A stretch of DNA of 64,000 bases from an uncultured Actinomycetota bacterium (lineage in GTDB: Bacteria > Actinomycetota > Actinomycetes > Propionibacteriales > Propionibacteriaceae). The notes below the pieces were generated by a model. That model was not told the DNA's origin and did no database searches. It was given only the letters and a program-made list of their open reading frames with translations. Every line of letters starts with the position of its first letter. Positions within the stretch are counted from its first letter, which is position 1. The DNA lies in contig CAWIZB010000018.1 in assembly GCA_963840505.1 (NCBI GenBank), positions 73,292-137,291 of the forward strand, written 5' to 3'. The position numbers and the translations under genes were made by a program. Positions 1-10,376 of the stretch are shown here, piece after piece.

Positions 1-3000
1 GTCCGCGTCGCTCTGCTCCGGAGGCCCGGCGACGCCACGGACCAGGGCCGCGACCGCCAGGTCCGGCTCCACCCAGTCCCGATCCGCCGGGCCGCTCGAA
101 CACCGCATCGGTCGTACCGGCGGGTCTGGTGGTGATGTCGTCCCGGGCGCCGAAGGCGGTCTCCACGGACGGCGGCTCGGCGTTGTTCCAGGGCTCGAAT
201 GGGGCGGCGCTAAAGGGCGGCTCGCCCGGCTCGTCGGTGGGCATCGGGTCGGCCAGCAGCGAGATGCGCCAAACCAGCGCCTGGGCTGCATCCACAGACC
301 CGGCATCTGGCATGCCGGCGGCTCCGAGAAGGTCGTCGAGCCGCCAGCCGCGCTGCAGGGCGTGGTCGACCGCAGTAACGAGCGCTGGCCACCACAGGCT
401 GGACTGGAGGGTGTCGGCCCGGTCGGCGCCGATGAGCTCAGCCAGCCGTGAGGTCCAGGCCGTGGTGAAGGTATGGTCGGTGTCGGCCTGGGCGGCGACC
501 GCCGGGGTGAGATGCCGGCTGATCCGCCACCACACCGCGGCGGCGGCATGATCATCGGGCAGCGGCCCACCGGTGGTGATGGCCGAACAGAGCAGCTGCC
601 GCGCGTCGACGCCGGCGCGGGAGATCGCCGCCAGCCGGTCGGCGAGCATTGGGGCGAACGGATCCTGGTCAGGTTGGGGCTGAGCTGGTCGAGCAGCCAG
701 CCCCATTCCTGCAGGGCCGGTGACCGGTCGCCGGCCACCTGGCGGTCGAGGTGCCGCTGCCAGGTCCGGGCGGCCTTCTGCAGCTGCACGGGGCCGGTGG
801 GACGCCGGTCCTCCGGGCTGACCTGCATCGCGGCCCGCCACACCTGCACATCCCCGACGACGCTGCTCGGCAACACGGTGCCGCATTGCGTGACCCATGC
901 GGGCGGATCGGTGTCGGCGACGGTGGCTCTAACCTGGTCGGCCAGCGTGCGGACCAGGTCGGATCGGGCGGCCAGATAGTTCCCCCACACCGGGTGGTCG
1001 CGCAGTCCTGGGGGGATGCCGGGGAGCCACGGCAGCGGTCCCGGGCCGGCGTTGCGGTGGCCGGTGTCGTCGAGCCGCCAGTCCAAGACGGCGGCCCGGT
1101 CGTCGGCGGAGTTGAGTTCCCGGCTGCCGGCGGCTGCCGCGAGCTGGGCGACCGGGTCGGTGCCGTGCGCGGCGAGCAGCAGCAGATGGGCGCGGAGGGT
1201 GGGCCAGGCCGGCTCGTCGATCAGACCGGGCACAATCTGCTCGGCCGCGACATCCAACGCCTCGACGACTTCCCGTCCGGCCAGGTCTTCGGCGGCCACC
1301 TGGAGGGCGTCGACGTAGTGGCCGGCGGCGTCTGCGAGCCGGACGGCCGGGTCGTGCTGGTCGCGCTGCAGGGTGGTGGCGGACCGCGGCTGCACCGTCG
1401 CGGGCCAGGATCTGCTCAAGCAGCTCGGTCGCGGTGGACGGGTGGACCGTCTCGGGCCGGATGAGGCTGTGCGGGTCGCCGTCCCCGACGACCTGCAGGT
1501 AGAGGTGGTTGGCGATCCGGCCCCGGGTCAGCATGGTGTACAGCTGCTGCCGGGACTCCTCGCCGGTGACCAGGCCGTGCATGGTGTCGGCGGTGACCCC
1601 TTGCGCGGTGTGCACGGTGGTGGCGTAGCCCAGCTCAACCGACTCGGTGACGTAGCTGGCGGGCAGCCGAACGGTGCGGCCGTTGCGGTGGTGCCGCACC
1701 GTCAGGTCACCGCTGCCGGTTGACCTTGAGGACGGTCCACCGGTCGCCGTTCTTCACCCAATCGGTGGCGGTCAAGCGGAGGGTTCGGTTGTTGGTTCGG
1801 GTGATCACCTGTTCGCCGACACTGGCCGGGTTGCCGTCGGCCAGCATCGCCAGCCGACGAGGCTTCGGGCTCGGTCGCGTCTGGTTCGGTGGCGAGCCGG
1901 TGGGTGCGGGCGCGCTGGTTGAGCTGGCTGACCAGTTCGCGGGTGGGGGCGAGCATGATCGCATCCAGGCCGCTGCTCCGGTCGGTTTGCCAGGCCGAGA
2001 AGACGTCCTCGGTGAGGGCGGTGAGGTCGCCGACATGGATGCGTTGCTGGTCGAGGTAGAAGCCGAGCGCTTCGGGTCGGCCGTCGCGGAGGGCGAGGGA
2101 TGCGGCGCCTTCGGCTGGGTCGGTGAACCGGTGCAGCTCGGTGAGCCGGACCGCTCCGTGGGTGTGGGCGATGTCGCGGAGCACGCCGCCGGCGCCGATC
2201 GCGGCGAGCTGCTGGTCGTCACCGACCAGCCGAACACTGCCGCCGCGTCCGACGATGAAGGCGACGGCGGCGTCAAGGGTAAGGGTGTCGGCCATCCCGG
2301 CCTCGTCGATCACCACCAGGGTCGACGGCCCAATCCTGCGGGCCCAGTCGGGCAGGTCGTGGTGGTCGAGGGACCAGGTGAGTTTGGCGAGGGTGTCGGT
2401 GTGGGCGTTGATCTGGTCGCGGAGCTGCGCGGCGGCGGCCGCCGACGGCGCGAGCCCGATCACGGTGCCGCCGGCTTCGGTCCAGGCGGCGGCGAGGGTC
2501 TGCATCGCGGTGGTTTTGCCGGTGCCGGCGGGCGCGATCGCCAGCTGCAGCCGTGCCCCCGAGGTGGCCATCTGGCGGACCAGCGCGACCTGCCCGGCGT
2601 TCAGGGTGACCCCGTTGGCGGTCGCCTGCAGCAACGCCACATCGACCGCCGCTGGAGATATTGTGTGGCCGTCGTAGCGCCCGGCGGTGGCGACGAGCCG
2701 CTGCTCAGCGTCCAGGATGCGGGTCGAGGTGAACAGCTCGGAGCCGGCGACGGTGTAGACCGAGGTGCCGTCGGATCGCTGCAGCACCGCCGGTTCGGTG
2801 ATGCCGTCATTCGGTCGGGCCAGCGACACCGACCGGTTCTCCAAGCACGTCGCCGACCAGCAGATCGACCAACCGCTCACTCTGCTCGGCTTGGAGCTGG
2901 AGCGCTCGTACCTGCCGCTGCGCCTCGGCCCGGACATGCCAGGTCTGCCAGGTGGAGCGGCGTTCCTCCATCGCCGCCAGCGACCCGGCCGGCCGCGTCC

Positions 3001-4331
3001 TCGACCCACTGGGCGCTCACCGGTGTTCCGGCGACTGGGTTCGGGTGCAGTGCGGTGCGCACCATGTGCTGCACCGCCTGCGGGCCGCCGAGGACCTCGC
3101 CTGCTTGGGCCAGCCAGGCCGCTCTTTGTTCGGTGAGGGTGCGGGGTTCGTGTTTGGCGTCGCGGGTTTCCAAGGTGGCCTGCTGGGCCAGCTTCAACGA
3201 CTCGACCGGGGTGGGTGGTCGGCCGTGGACACGTTGGAAGTCGGCGGCGAGCTCGCCGCGGCGGGTCTGAATGGCGGCTCGACGGGCCGACCAGCGCGCG
3301 TTCAAAGCGGGGTCGACGCCGACGATTTCTCGGACCGGCCGCAACCGTGGGTCCGGGTTGGGCCGTTCGGCGAACCGGACGCCGAGGCTGGCCCGGAGGT
3401 GGTTCTCCAGGGCGGTGTTGTAGGTTTCCGACGCCGCCACGGTGGCCTTGAACAGGATCCGTCCGTCGATGGACAGCCAGCGCCCGTCAAGGGTCTGCAC
3501 CTTGTTGGCGACCGCGACATGGGTGTGCAGGTCCGGGTCGCCGGCGCGGCTGTCCCGGTGGGTGAACGCGGCCGCCACCAACCCGCGTACCTCGACCTGC
3601 CGGACCCCGTTGGTCCCGGTCCGGGTGTAGAGCGCGTGTTGTTCGATGAACCGCAACGCGTCCGCGACGGCGGCCCGGTGGGCCCGTTCGATCGCCGCCG
3701 CCGTGGACTGGTCGGCGACCGCCCACAGCGCCGACACGCTCTTCACCGGGGAGAAGGTCAGGTCATAGCCGGCGACCGCCTGGGTCCGCGGCCGGGAATG
3801 CTTGGCGATCGTGGCGGCCAGCTCCCGGGCATCCTCCGGCTGGCGTCCGTGCTCGGCGGTGAAGAACTCCCGCGCCACCTCGGTGCGGATCCGGGCCCGA
3901 TCCGCAGCCGGCACGGCCCAGTCACCGGGCAGCCCGGCGGCCTGGTTGAAGGCGGCGATCCGTTTCGCCACCTCGACCCGGAACGGCGACACATCCGGCT
4001 GGTAGATCTTGAACGGCGCCCCCAGCCGGGTCACCGCCTGGTAGTCCCGCACGGTCAGGTCCGGCCCCTGCAGCTGCTGCTGTCGTTGCTCAGCCAGGGG
4101 ATGCAGCCCGGCCCCGAACAAGGCCCGCATCTGCTCCGCGGTCACCACGTCGCCGGGGTTGAGGCCGTCGATACCGGCCATCCCGGAGCCCATCCAGACC
4201 CCGGGGGTTTCGCCGCGTTCGGTGTAGTAGGACGCCAATCCGAGATGGCCCTTCTCGGTGGCGTCCAAGGCGGCGACCTGCCGGGTCAGGTAGTCGTACC
4301 CCGACCCGGCGGTGAGCTTGTGGATGCTCAT
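1..4331 (-). CDS. MobF/TrwC-family relaxase-helicase, split by at least 5 frameshifts, runs off the window start
   Basis: N-terminus MSIHKLTAGSGYDY, HUH motif HRDSRAGDPDLHTH, Walker A APAGTGKT, Walker B VIDEAGM, C-terminal helicase GYATTVHTAQG. Frame changes near 2980, 2845, 1855, 1720 and 1365. Confidence 0.9.
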
Positions 4332-4552
4332 CGTCACAACCCCTGAAGCCGTCCCACGTCGTTGCGGCGGTCAGTTCGGCGGCACGGAAATCCGGCAATG
4401 CAAAGAGGTGTGTGGCACATCGGATTTTGAAATCGGCTGGGGGTACGTGAAGCAGGTCGAGATCGTCGGTGATGACCGCTCGAGTCCTCGGAACGGCTTA
4501 GGACTGAGTGAAAGGCCGGTGTCGATAAAGGACCGGTGGCGATAGGGGAGAT

Positions 4553-4879
4553 GTGATGAGTCAGCAGTCGGTGAGGCAGGCGGCGCGACGCTCAGCGTTA
4601 GATGCCCAGGCGGTACTGCGTAAAGAACGGGCCGACCGGGAACGCCGGCTCGAAGCTCTAGCGGTCGCGGTGCTGACCGCACTCGGTGAACGCGATGCTC
4701 TGGTCCGGGACGCTGAGCGGCGCGCCGGGCAAGCGCTGCGGACAATGACTGACGATGAGGGTTTGTCGCTGCGGGAGGCGGTCGACTGGTGCGGCAGCGG
4801 CGTCACTGTGCGGGAGATAACCCGGTTGCTGCGGCTCGACGACGGTCATCAGGGCGGTCGAGACGGACGCGTCGGATGA
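4553..4879 (+). CDS. Hypothetical helical protein divergent from the relaxase (possible relaxosome accessory; oriT expected at 4340-4550)
   Basis: 108-aa ORF with RBS (ggggag), divergent from MobF. Function inferred from position only. Confidence 0.65.
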   Translation: MMSQQSVRQAARRSALDAQAVLRKERADRERRLEALAVAVLTALGERDALVRDAERRAGQALRTMTDDEGLSLREAVDWCGSGVTVREITRLLRLDDGHQGGRDGRVG

Positions 4880-5341
4880 GCGGCAGGCCGGGCCGGCTGG
4901 GCGCGGCGCTGCATGATCGACCACAGTGCCGGAGTTCGGTCGAAGCTGATGCGCGTGCTGAGGTGACTTTTCGTGGTGGACGCCGCGTCGGAGGCCGCAG
5001 TCATGTCCGGCCACGCACACCGCGGGACGGGTAGCGCACCGTCCTCGTTGCAGGGCTACGCAGTGACGCCCAAAGTGGAGTTCCGGGGTTCTGAAGCATC
5101 GGTGTGAGAACCTGCTGTGCCCGTGGTCGCGCCGGGCCGTGCGGTGCGTCGTCACCGCTCCCGATATATGCGGCACGGCGCAGGTCGTGAATGAATCTGG
5201 ATCGGCGGTGCTTGCCGCGAACCTAGACATGACTTGTCTGGGTTCACCAGCGACGCTGGGCAGCCGTCGGCCGGACCAGCCATAACGCGCTCGCCTCTGG
5301 CATCCTCGCCCGCCGCCATACCTGGGATCGCTGTTTGGGCC

Positions 5342-5494
5342 GACCGCTAGCACGGCGTGCCGGCCTTAGGGATATCGAAGGTACGCGGTTTTCCACAGGT
5401 ACGTGCGGGTTGTGCGGCCTGTCGTGGTTTCTGGCTCGATCACTCAGAGGAGGTTCGATTGGACAAGCGCGATGGATGTCGACACGGCAGAAAC
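5342..5494 (+). repeat. Diverged repeat copy A (partner at 11876-12027)
   Basis: Colinear shared blocks: gaccgcYagca, gccttagggat, tttccacaggt, ctgtcgtSStttctgRctcgat, atggatgtYgacacSgc. Confidence 0.8.
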
Positions 5495-5670
5495 CGGCCC
5501 GGCGCCTGCTTCAGCAACAACCTGTGGCATCACTCGTCGACGCCCTCGCAGTTGGCAATCCGCTCGAAGATGTGGGCGGTCTCATGGCCAGCTTGGACCC
5601 CTACCATCTCGGGCTCGTCCTTGCCGTGTTGGGCATGCCTGCTGCGGCAGTAGGGCTTGACGGCCTGTAG
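5472..5670 (+). pseudogene. Degenerate paralog of the 12005-12346 gene (both begin MDVDTAET)
   Basis: Same start peptide and upstream region as 12005; frameshifts immediately after MDVDTAET. Confidence 0.5.
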
Positions 5671-5803
5671 ACGGCCTTGGAGTTGATCATGAAGACAATC
5701 GGAGGTGATGAGCTGCCAAAGAGCCCAGACATGAGAAGTGGCCCGCCAGGAGATTGCCGCTCCTGACGGGCCTGAGACCCACTTATCAAGGAAGCGAGTC
5801 CCA

Positions 5804-6031
5804 GTGACCCAGTCAACCATCCTGTCCTCCGGCCCCATCAACGGTGCCGACACACTCACGATCGAGGTAATCCAGCCCGACTGCATGCCCGCCGTGGTCA
5901 GGATCGTCTGGCCGACCGCGGCAACGATCACCACACCCGCCCACTACCTCGAAGTAGCCAGCGCGGCCATGCGTCTGCTTGCTGAAGCATCCACGACTTT
6001 GGCCCGAATCCGAGCGAGCCGACGGCTCTAA
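5804..6031 (+). CDS. Small hypothetical protein (75 aa)
   Basis: GTG start after aaggaag RBS; protein-like composition (TLTIEVIQPD...VVRIVWP...C-terminal helix). Confidence 0.55.
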   Translation: MTQSTILSSGPINGADTLTIEVIQPDCMPAVVRIVWPTAATITTPAHYLEVASAAMRLLAEASTTLARIRASRRL

Positions 6032-6373
6032 CCGACCTGGAGCACCCGCTTTCAAGCTCATGGGCCGGTTTTTGTCGCGGTCGTTTAGAAGCCGCCGGCG
6101 TGGCTCGGACTTCTGGAACGGCTCATCAGACGATGATGCCGCGGTCACCGAGGAGTCCCAGCCCGGCTGCCGTCTCCTGTCGCCGTCTCCTGATCGACGC
6201 TTAAGGGCAAGCCCGTCAGCTGGCGCCACGGAACTTCCGGCGCCATGCGGAGAGAAGCTGCAGGCCGTTCGGCCGCCTCGTCGAGCACCCACCATGTGCC
6301 TTGTAAGCACTTGCCGCACTTCGTACCCGGACAGCGACGCTGGGGGGCTTGCTCACGCAGCATCGCGAGGGTG

Positions 6374-6755
6374 CTACGCGGCTTTGTCTCCTCTCTCATG
6401 TTGTCCCTCCCTTCCGGTTTGACTGGTATTTCGCACTGCGTGCACGTAGCCCTCGATTTGTCCGGCTTGCTCGTCCGTCAGGCTGTACTTGGCGCGCAGG
6501 TATAACCGCAACTCTGGAAGCGCGCGCCGTGTCAGATAGCCGACTACGGCGCACAGTTCTTCCACGTCAATGCCCAGAGGCACCAGCTAGTCGCTGAAGA
6601 TGCTCCGGATGGAGAGTAGCGATGAAACCCGTCTCTAGCCTGGAGGCCGTTGACGGCACCAGCCCAGCAGCGTCAGCCAACTGACGCACGGTCATGCGAG
6701 CCCGCACCCGATAGCGCTTGAGCAATGTACCTAGTTGTTGCACTACGTCGGCCAA
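6374..6755 (-). CDS. XRE-family HTH regulator, frameshifted near 6575
   Basis: LGTLLKRYRVRARMTVRQLADAAGLVPSTASRLETG (HTH_3 pattern) continues in another frame as IDVEELCAVVGY...LPELRLYLRAKY. Confidence 0.75.
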
Positions 6756-6914
6756 GAACTCGCCAGATACGGCCGCAAGCCGGCCGACTATGACCAGGCC
6801 GCTTTCCAGGGCGGTTCGCCGGTGATCATCAGGTGATCCGAGGTCCACTGGACCAATCCGAACCCTCGGGTGAGCCAGTGCCGCCGGAGCTGCAGCCGCT
6901 CCTCGTCTAACCCG

Positions 6915-7425
6915 AGTGGGTCGAAGAGCGCAAGAAACGCTGGGGGCGTCAGCAGCCCGATCTACCAGTCCAAGGTGCTGGGTGAGTTCCCCGACATCTC
7001 TGACGACTCGCTGATCCTGCCGAAGTGGATCGAGGCGGCGCAGAAGCGAACGATCAAGCGTTGGCATTCCCATAGTGCCGTACAGCGGCGGCGAGGCTCC
7101 TTTCGACAAGGAGCGCTTCGTCAATGCTCGAGCTGAGGACTACTGGCATCTGCGGGAATTCTTCGAGGCAGGCGAGATCGACATCGACGAGCTCGACGGC
7201 GTGCTCGCTGCACAACTCGGTTCGATCAAGTGGACGGTTGATTCCCGTGGCCGGATCAAGATCGAGTCGAAGGACGACATGCGCAAGCGCAGTCTGCCGT
7301 CACCGGACCGAGCCAACACCCAGGCGATGGTCATGTCACGGCGAGCAACCGGCGGTCCTCGGATCGACGTCGAAGCTCACCGCGGCGAGTCCATCACCGG
7401 AGACCTGATGACAAAGACCTGGTAG
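6915..7425 (+). pseudogene. Phage terminase large subunit remnant (two joined fragments)
   Basis: EWVEERKKRWG..SPIYQSKVLGEFPD..LILPKWIEAAQ, then FVNARAEDYWHLRE..LAAQLGSIKWTVDSRGRIKIESKDDMRKRSLPSPDRA, typical of the TerL linker and nuclease C-terminus. Confidence 0.75.
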
Positions 7426-7450
7426 AACGCTCAGTTAGGAAACCGGTGGG

Positions 7451-8140
7451 TTGTGTCGGGCCCTCGCCGTACCCTCGACTGCTGTGGAGAACCGCAGTCC
7501 CGTCATCAGCTTTGGGATCAGCTCGGGCGACAAGCGCTCGGCCTACTGGCGCGTGCGCTCCGGCATGAAGAAACCCGAGTTGTTCATCGAACGTGAGGAT
7601 CACGGCGCGCTTTGGCACCTCAGCCTTCATGAGTCAGGGCGATGGCATCTGAAGATGACTAACGAAGCTCGAGTCCATTGGGTTCGGCCCGCCGAGATGG
7701 TTCCCGGGTACACCCGCGCGGTGGGCATCGTCGTGCCGTACATGGTGACCTACAAGGAAGACGCCGCCCCGGCTGGCGTGGAGTTGGTCCCCATCGAACC
7801 GCACTCGGACCCAATGACGTTCAGCCTCTTCATCGAAGAGCCGGGCGCCAACCTGGATGGCTGGCCCGGCAAGAATGCCATGGGCACCGCTCTGGTTGGC
7901 CGCCTGCCTCTTGCCGGCGGCGCCGGGACCTGCTGCGTCGTCGCCCACCAGGAAGAGCTTGGACCTGCCTCCTGGCACTTTTCGCGTCCCACCGACGAAG
8001 CGCTGGCCTGGATGCGTGAGTCGGTTGCCAGCGGTTCGCTGTACATGACGGTGGTCGGCGAAATGGGCGACGGCGCCATTGCGCTCATCGAACTCCGGGC
8101 GAACCCCGCTGTGCTCTCGCTTCCCGCTGCGGCCGAGTGA
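7451..8140 (+). CDS. Hypothetical beta-rich protein (up to 229 aa)
   Basis: Good coding pattern; motif WHLSLHESGRWHL; stop overlaps the next start (GTGA). Confidence 0.7.
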   Translation: MCRALAVPSTAVENRSPVISFGISSGDKRSAYWRVRSGMKKPELFIEREDHGALWHLSLHESGRWHLKMTNEARVHWVRPAEMVPGYTRAVGIVVPYMVTYKEDAAPAGVELVPIEPHSDPMTFSLFIEEPGANLDGWPGKNAMGTALVGRLPLAGGAGTCCVVAHQEELGPASWHFSRPTDEALAWMRESVASGSLYMTVVGEMGDGAIALIELRANPAVLSLPAAAE

Positions 8141-8699
8141 GCCAAGTCGTGAGGGATGACGAGGTTCTGCGTGACTGGCTGGCGCTCCCTCGCCGGATCT
8201 ACCTCGATACGTGCACGCTTCAAGCGGTGCACGACTACGGGGACGTGATCTGGGACGGCGAGCCATTCGTTCCCAGGGGTCGAGCAGCCAAGGTCAAGGA
8301 CTACGAAAGGACCTCGAAGCATTGCAGATGATCTTGCTCGTCAACGAGCGGGCGATGTTCGAATTTGTGGTGACCGAGACGAATCTGCGAGAAGTGCGTG
8401 GCCGGAATCACCCGAGGTATACGCAGTGGGTTCAAGAGGTCCGAGTGAGTTGGCTGATCCAGTCGGCCGGCCGGGAGATTCCGTCCTGGAGAAGGAAGTT
8501 CGACAACCCCACCTTCGGGATGATCAGCAAGAAGGACCGCATCGTCCTGCAGGACGACCACCGTTGCGATGCATTCCTGACAACGGAACAGAACCTTCCG
8601 GATGCCGTCGAGCACGTTGAACGGAAGACGGGGCTTCGGATCATGCGACCGCCGGAGTACAGGGGCCTGCTCGAGCGCTGGGCGAAGCTGTACTACTGA
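8137..8699 (+). CDS. PIN-domain-like ribonuclease, frameshift at ~8305 (A-run one base short)
   Basis: IYLDTCTL near the N-terminus and KDRIVLQD..CDAFLTTE near the C-terminus match the PIN acidic-residue layout; adding one A to gaaag joins the two ORFs. Confidence 0.6.
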
Positions 8700-9505
8700 C
8701 CGATGGCGAGCGCCCGCGGGCTCTCCATCCCCGCCGCCATGCCGCCGGCCACGGTGCGCTCACACTCCTGAACGCCGAGGCCGATGCTCGTCCCCACGCT
8801 GATCAGGTTGTCGGCTGCTGCGCTTTCGTCGATGGCGCCCATCGCCACGAGCTGACCAATGCTGAACGCTGCCCGATTCAGCGAGTCGTTGCGGGTGCCC
8901 GGTTCCGCCTGGGAAAGTCGGTCGAGTTCCCGGCGTAGCCCCGCTCGTCCGTACGCCGAGCTGTTACCTACTGGCAACTTTTTACGGCCGTGGAGAGTCC
9001 GCTCAGGCGTGATCAACTCCACAAACCACGAGGGCGCTGAACCAAGATCATCCCGAAGCGGGTTGACCCAGCGATAGCGGTGCCCGTCCGGATGCACCGA
9101 TGGCGGCGCGATCACGTAGCCGTTCTTGCCGCGGAAGTCGACGCTCGGCAGAACGGCGGCTCGGTTGCCCATGCCAGTGGGCTTCACGTACCGGTGGAAG
9201 CCGTGAGCAGTTTTGACCATCGGCCCTCGAATCGGCTCTCTCCCAGCCCGCACCGTCTCGAGCACGTCGACCGCGTCCTCGCTATCAAGATCAACGACAT
9301 CGAAGCTGATGCCGGTTCTCAGCCCGATGTTGCGCATCGGGTATGCCGTCCACCATGCCCTTATTACGTCGAGATCCGTCGTGCCGTCGTGGAGTCCGTG
9401 ACCGCCGTTTGCTGCGGAGATCAATGGCTGCTTCGAACGAGGGGCGAGTGGGAAGACGGCGAACCCCTGCTTGGCGTAGGCAAGTGCAGCGGCGAGATGA
9501 TCCAC
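8693..9505 (-). CDS. Bifunctional DNA primase/polymerase (Prim-Pol) family protein
   Basis: ALAYAKQGFAVFPL, NIGLRTG..VVDLD, KTAHGFHRY, DFRGKNGYVIAPPSVHPDGHRYRW. Confidence 0.9.
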   Translation of the reverse strand: MDHLAAALAYAKQGFAVFPLAPRSKQPLISAANGGHGLHDGTTDLDVIRAWWTAYPMRNIGLRTGISFDVVDLDSEDAVDVLETVRAGREPIRGPMVKTAHGFHRYVKPTGMGNRAAVLPSVDFRGKNGYVIAPPSVHPDGHRYRWVNPLRDDLGSAPSWFVELITPERTLHGRKKLPVGNSSAYGRAGLRRELDRLSQAEPGTRNDSLNRAAFSIGQLVAMGAIDESAAADNLISVGTSIGLGVQECERTVAGGMAAGMESPRALAIGQ

Positions 9506-9571
9506 TCGCTCAGTCTGTTTCGACGCGCGGTGAACGCGCAGCTAACGATGCATGACAACGACAAGCCACGG

Positions 9572-9907
9572 CTATCCGCCTCCTTTGGCCGGCCGTAGAT
9601 CAGCTGCTTTGACCCACTTTTGCCGACCGTCCGGCCCCCGTACGCGACCCAACCATTCCTGCCGCTCCTTCACCCAGTGGTCGAGCTCGCCGGCAGCGGA
9701 CCACGTGGCTGACTCCACCTCGATCGGCGGGTCCACCCGTCGCCGGTCGTCTTCATTCCGCTGGCCGTACTGGTTGAACGTGACGTTGAGGTCTGCGGCC
9801 TGCTGCTGAGCGTCAACTTCGCTTAGGTCAGTGGCACGCCAGCCCATCACTCCGGCGTCAAAGACTCCCCAGACGCCAGAGCCGATGTGGCGAGCATCGA
9901 ACCGCAT
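9572..9907 (-). CDS. Hypothetical protein (111 aa), probably SOS-regulated
   Basis: Clean ORF with a LexA-type box immediately upstream. Confidence 0.7.
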   Translation of the reverse strand: MRFDARHIGSGVWGVFDAGVMGWRATDLSEVDAQQQAADLNVTFNQYGQRNEDDRRRVDPPIEVESATWSAAGELDHWVKERQEWLGRVRGPDGRQKWVKAADLRPAKGGG

Positions 9908-9914
9908 AGATAAT

Positions 9915-9930
9915 TAGAACATGCGTTCGG
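9915..9930. promoter_or_regulatory. Actinobacterial LexA (SOS) box TAGAAC-ATGC-GTTCGG
   Basis: Matches TCGAAC-N4-GTTCGA with 2 edge mismatches; 8-9 bp upstream of the ATG at 9907 (-). Confidence 0.65.
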
Positions 9931-10001
9931 TTCTCGGCGGAAGAGGCCGAAACGTGTCGGCCAAGGATGATCAACGCATCGAATCAGGTCGCCGAGCCGC
10001 T

Positions 10002-10283
10002 TCATAGAGGTAGAAGAGTTCGTGTGCTCGTTCTGCGGCCCGTCCTTTGTGTCTGGCGATTAAGGCCTTGGCCATGGTGGTGTAACTGGGGTGCCGGCTG
10101 TGACGGTGGCGGTGAGCAGATGCCGAGATCCAAAACGTCGGCGGAGATGATCGTGAGAAATGACCTCGGCGGTATCCCCCTCTTGACGAAGTTGTCGAGG
10201 TCAGCGCCGAGAGCTAGCAGGAGCTCTTTGGCGAGCTTGTGGTCGGCCATCGCCTGACGGATTTCTGCGAGAGCCGGATCCAT
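10002..10283 (-). CDS. Hypothetical protein (93 aa)
   Basis: Helical N-terminus MDPALAEIRQAMADHKLAKELLLALG; C-terminus looks low-quality. Confidence 0.35.
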   Translation of the reverse strand: MDPALAEIRQAMADHKLAKELLLALGADLDNFVKRGIPPRSFLTIISADVLDLGICSPPPSQPAPQLHHHGQGLNRQTQRTGRRTSTRTLLPL

Positions 10284-10376
10284 CTCAGTACGCCAGATGG
10301 CGTCAATATCGACGCTGACGTGCTCATCGAATGGGCGCGTACCAGATGAGCGCTCATGACACTCCCTGTGTCAACC

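Noticed and set aside
1720-3270. Long plus-strand ORFs opposite the relaxase, and similar ones (2952-4346, 39400-41013, 42304-43767, 58337-59536)
   Set aside because: Antisense shadow ORFs expected in high-GC DNA. They have no motifs and fully overlap well-supported genes.
4390-4440. Exact oriT nic site (GAGGTGTGT^GGCAC resembles the F-type nic)
   Set aside because: The match is too short to support. oriT is likely in 4340-4550 but cannot be pinned down by eye.
5150-5240. Second integrase remnant (minus-strand RFIHDLRRAAY)
   Set aside because: Only one short HxLR-like motif, with no other tyrosine recombinase features around it.
5389-5397. Functional DnaA boxes / replication origin (TTTTCCACA, GTTTCCACA at 11921)
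   Set aside because: Single imperfect boxes with no cluster and no AT-rich unwinding region. Noted only as part of the repeat.
8290-8320. Programmed ribosomal frameshifts (here and at 20325, 52630 and in IS110)
   Set aside because: No slippery heptamer with a downstream structure. Single-base indels in these families are better explained by error or decay.
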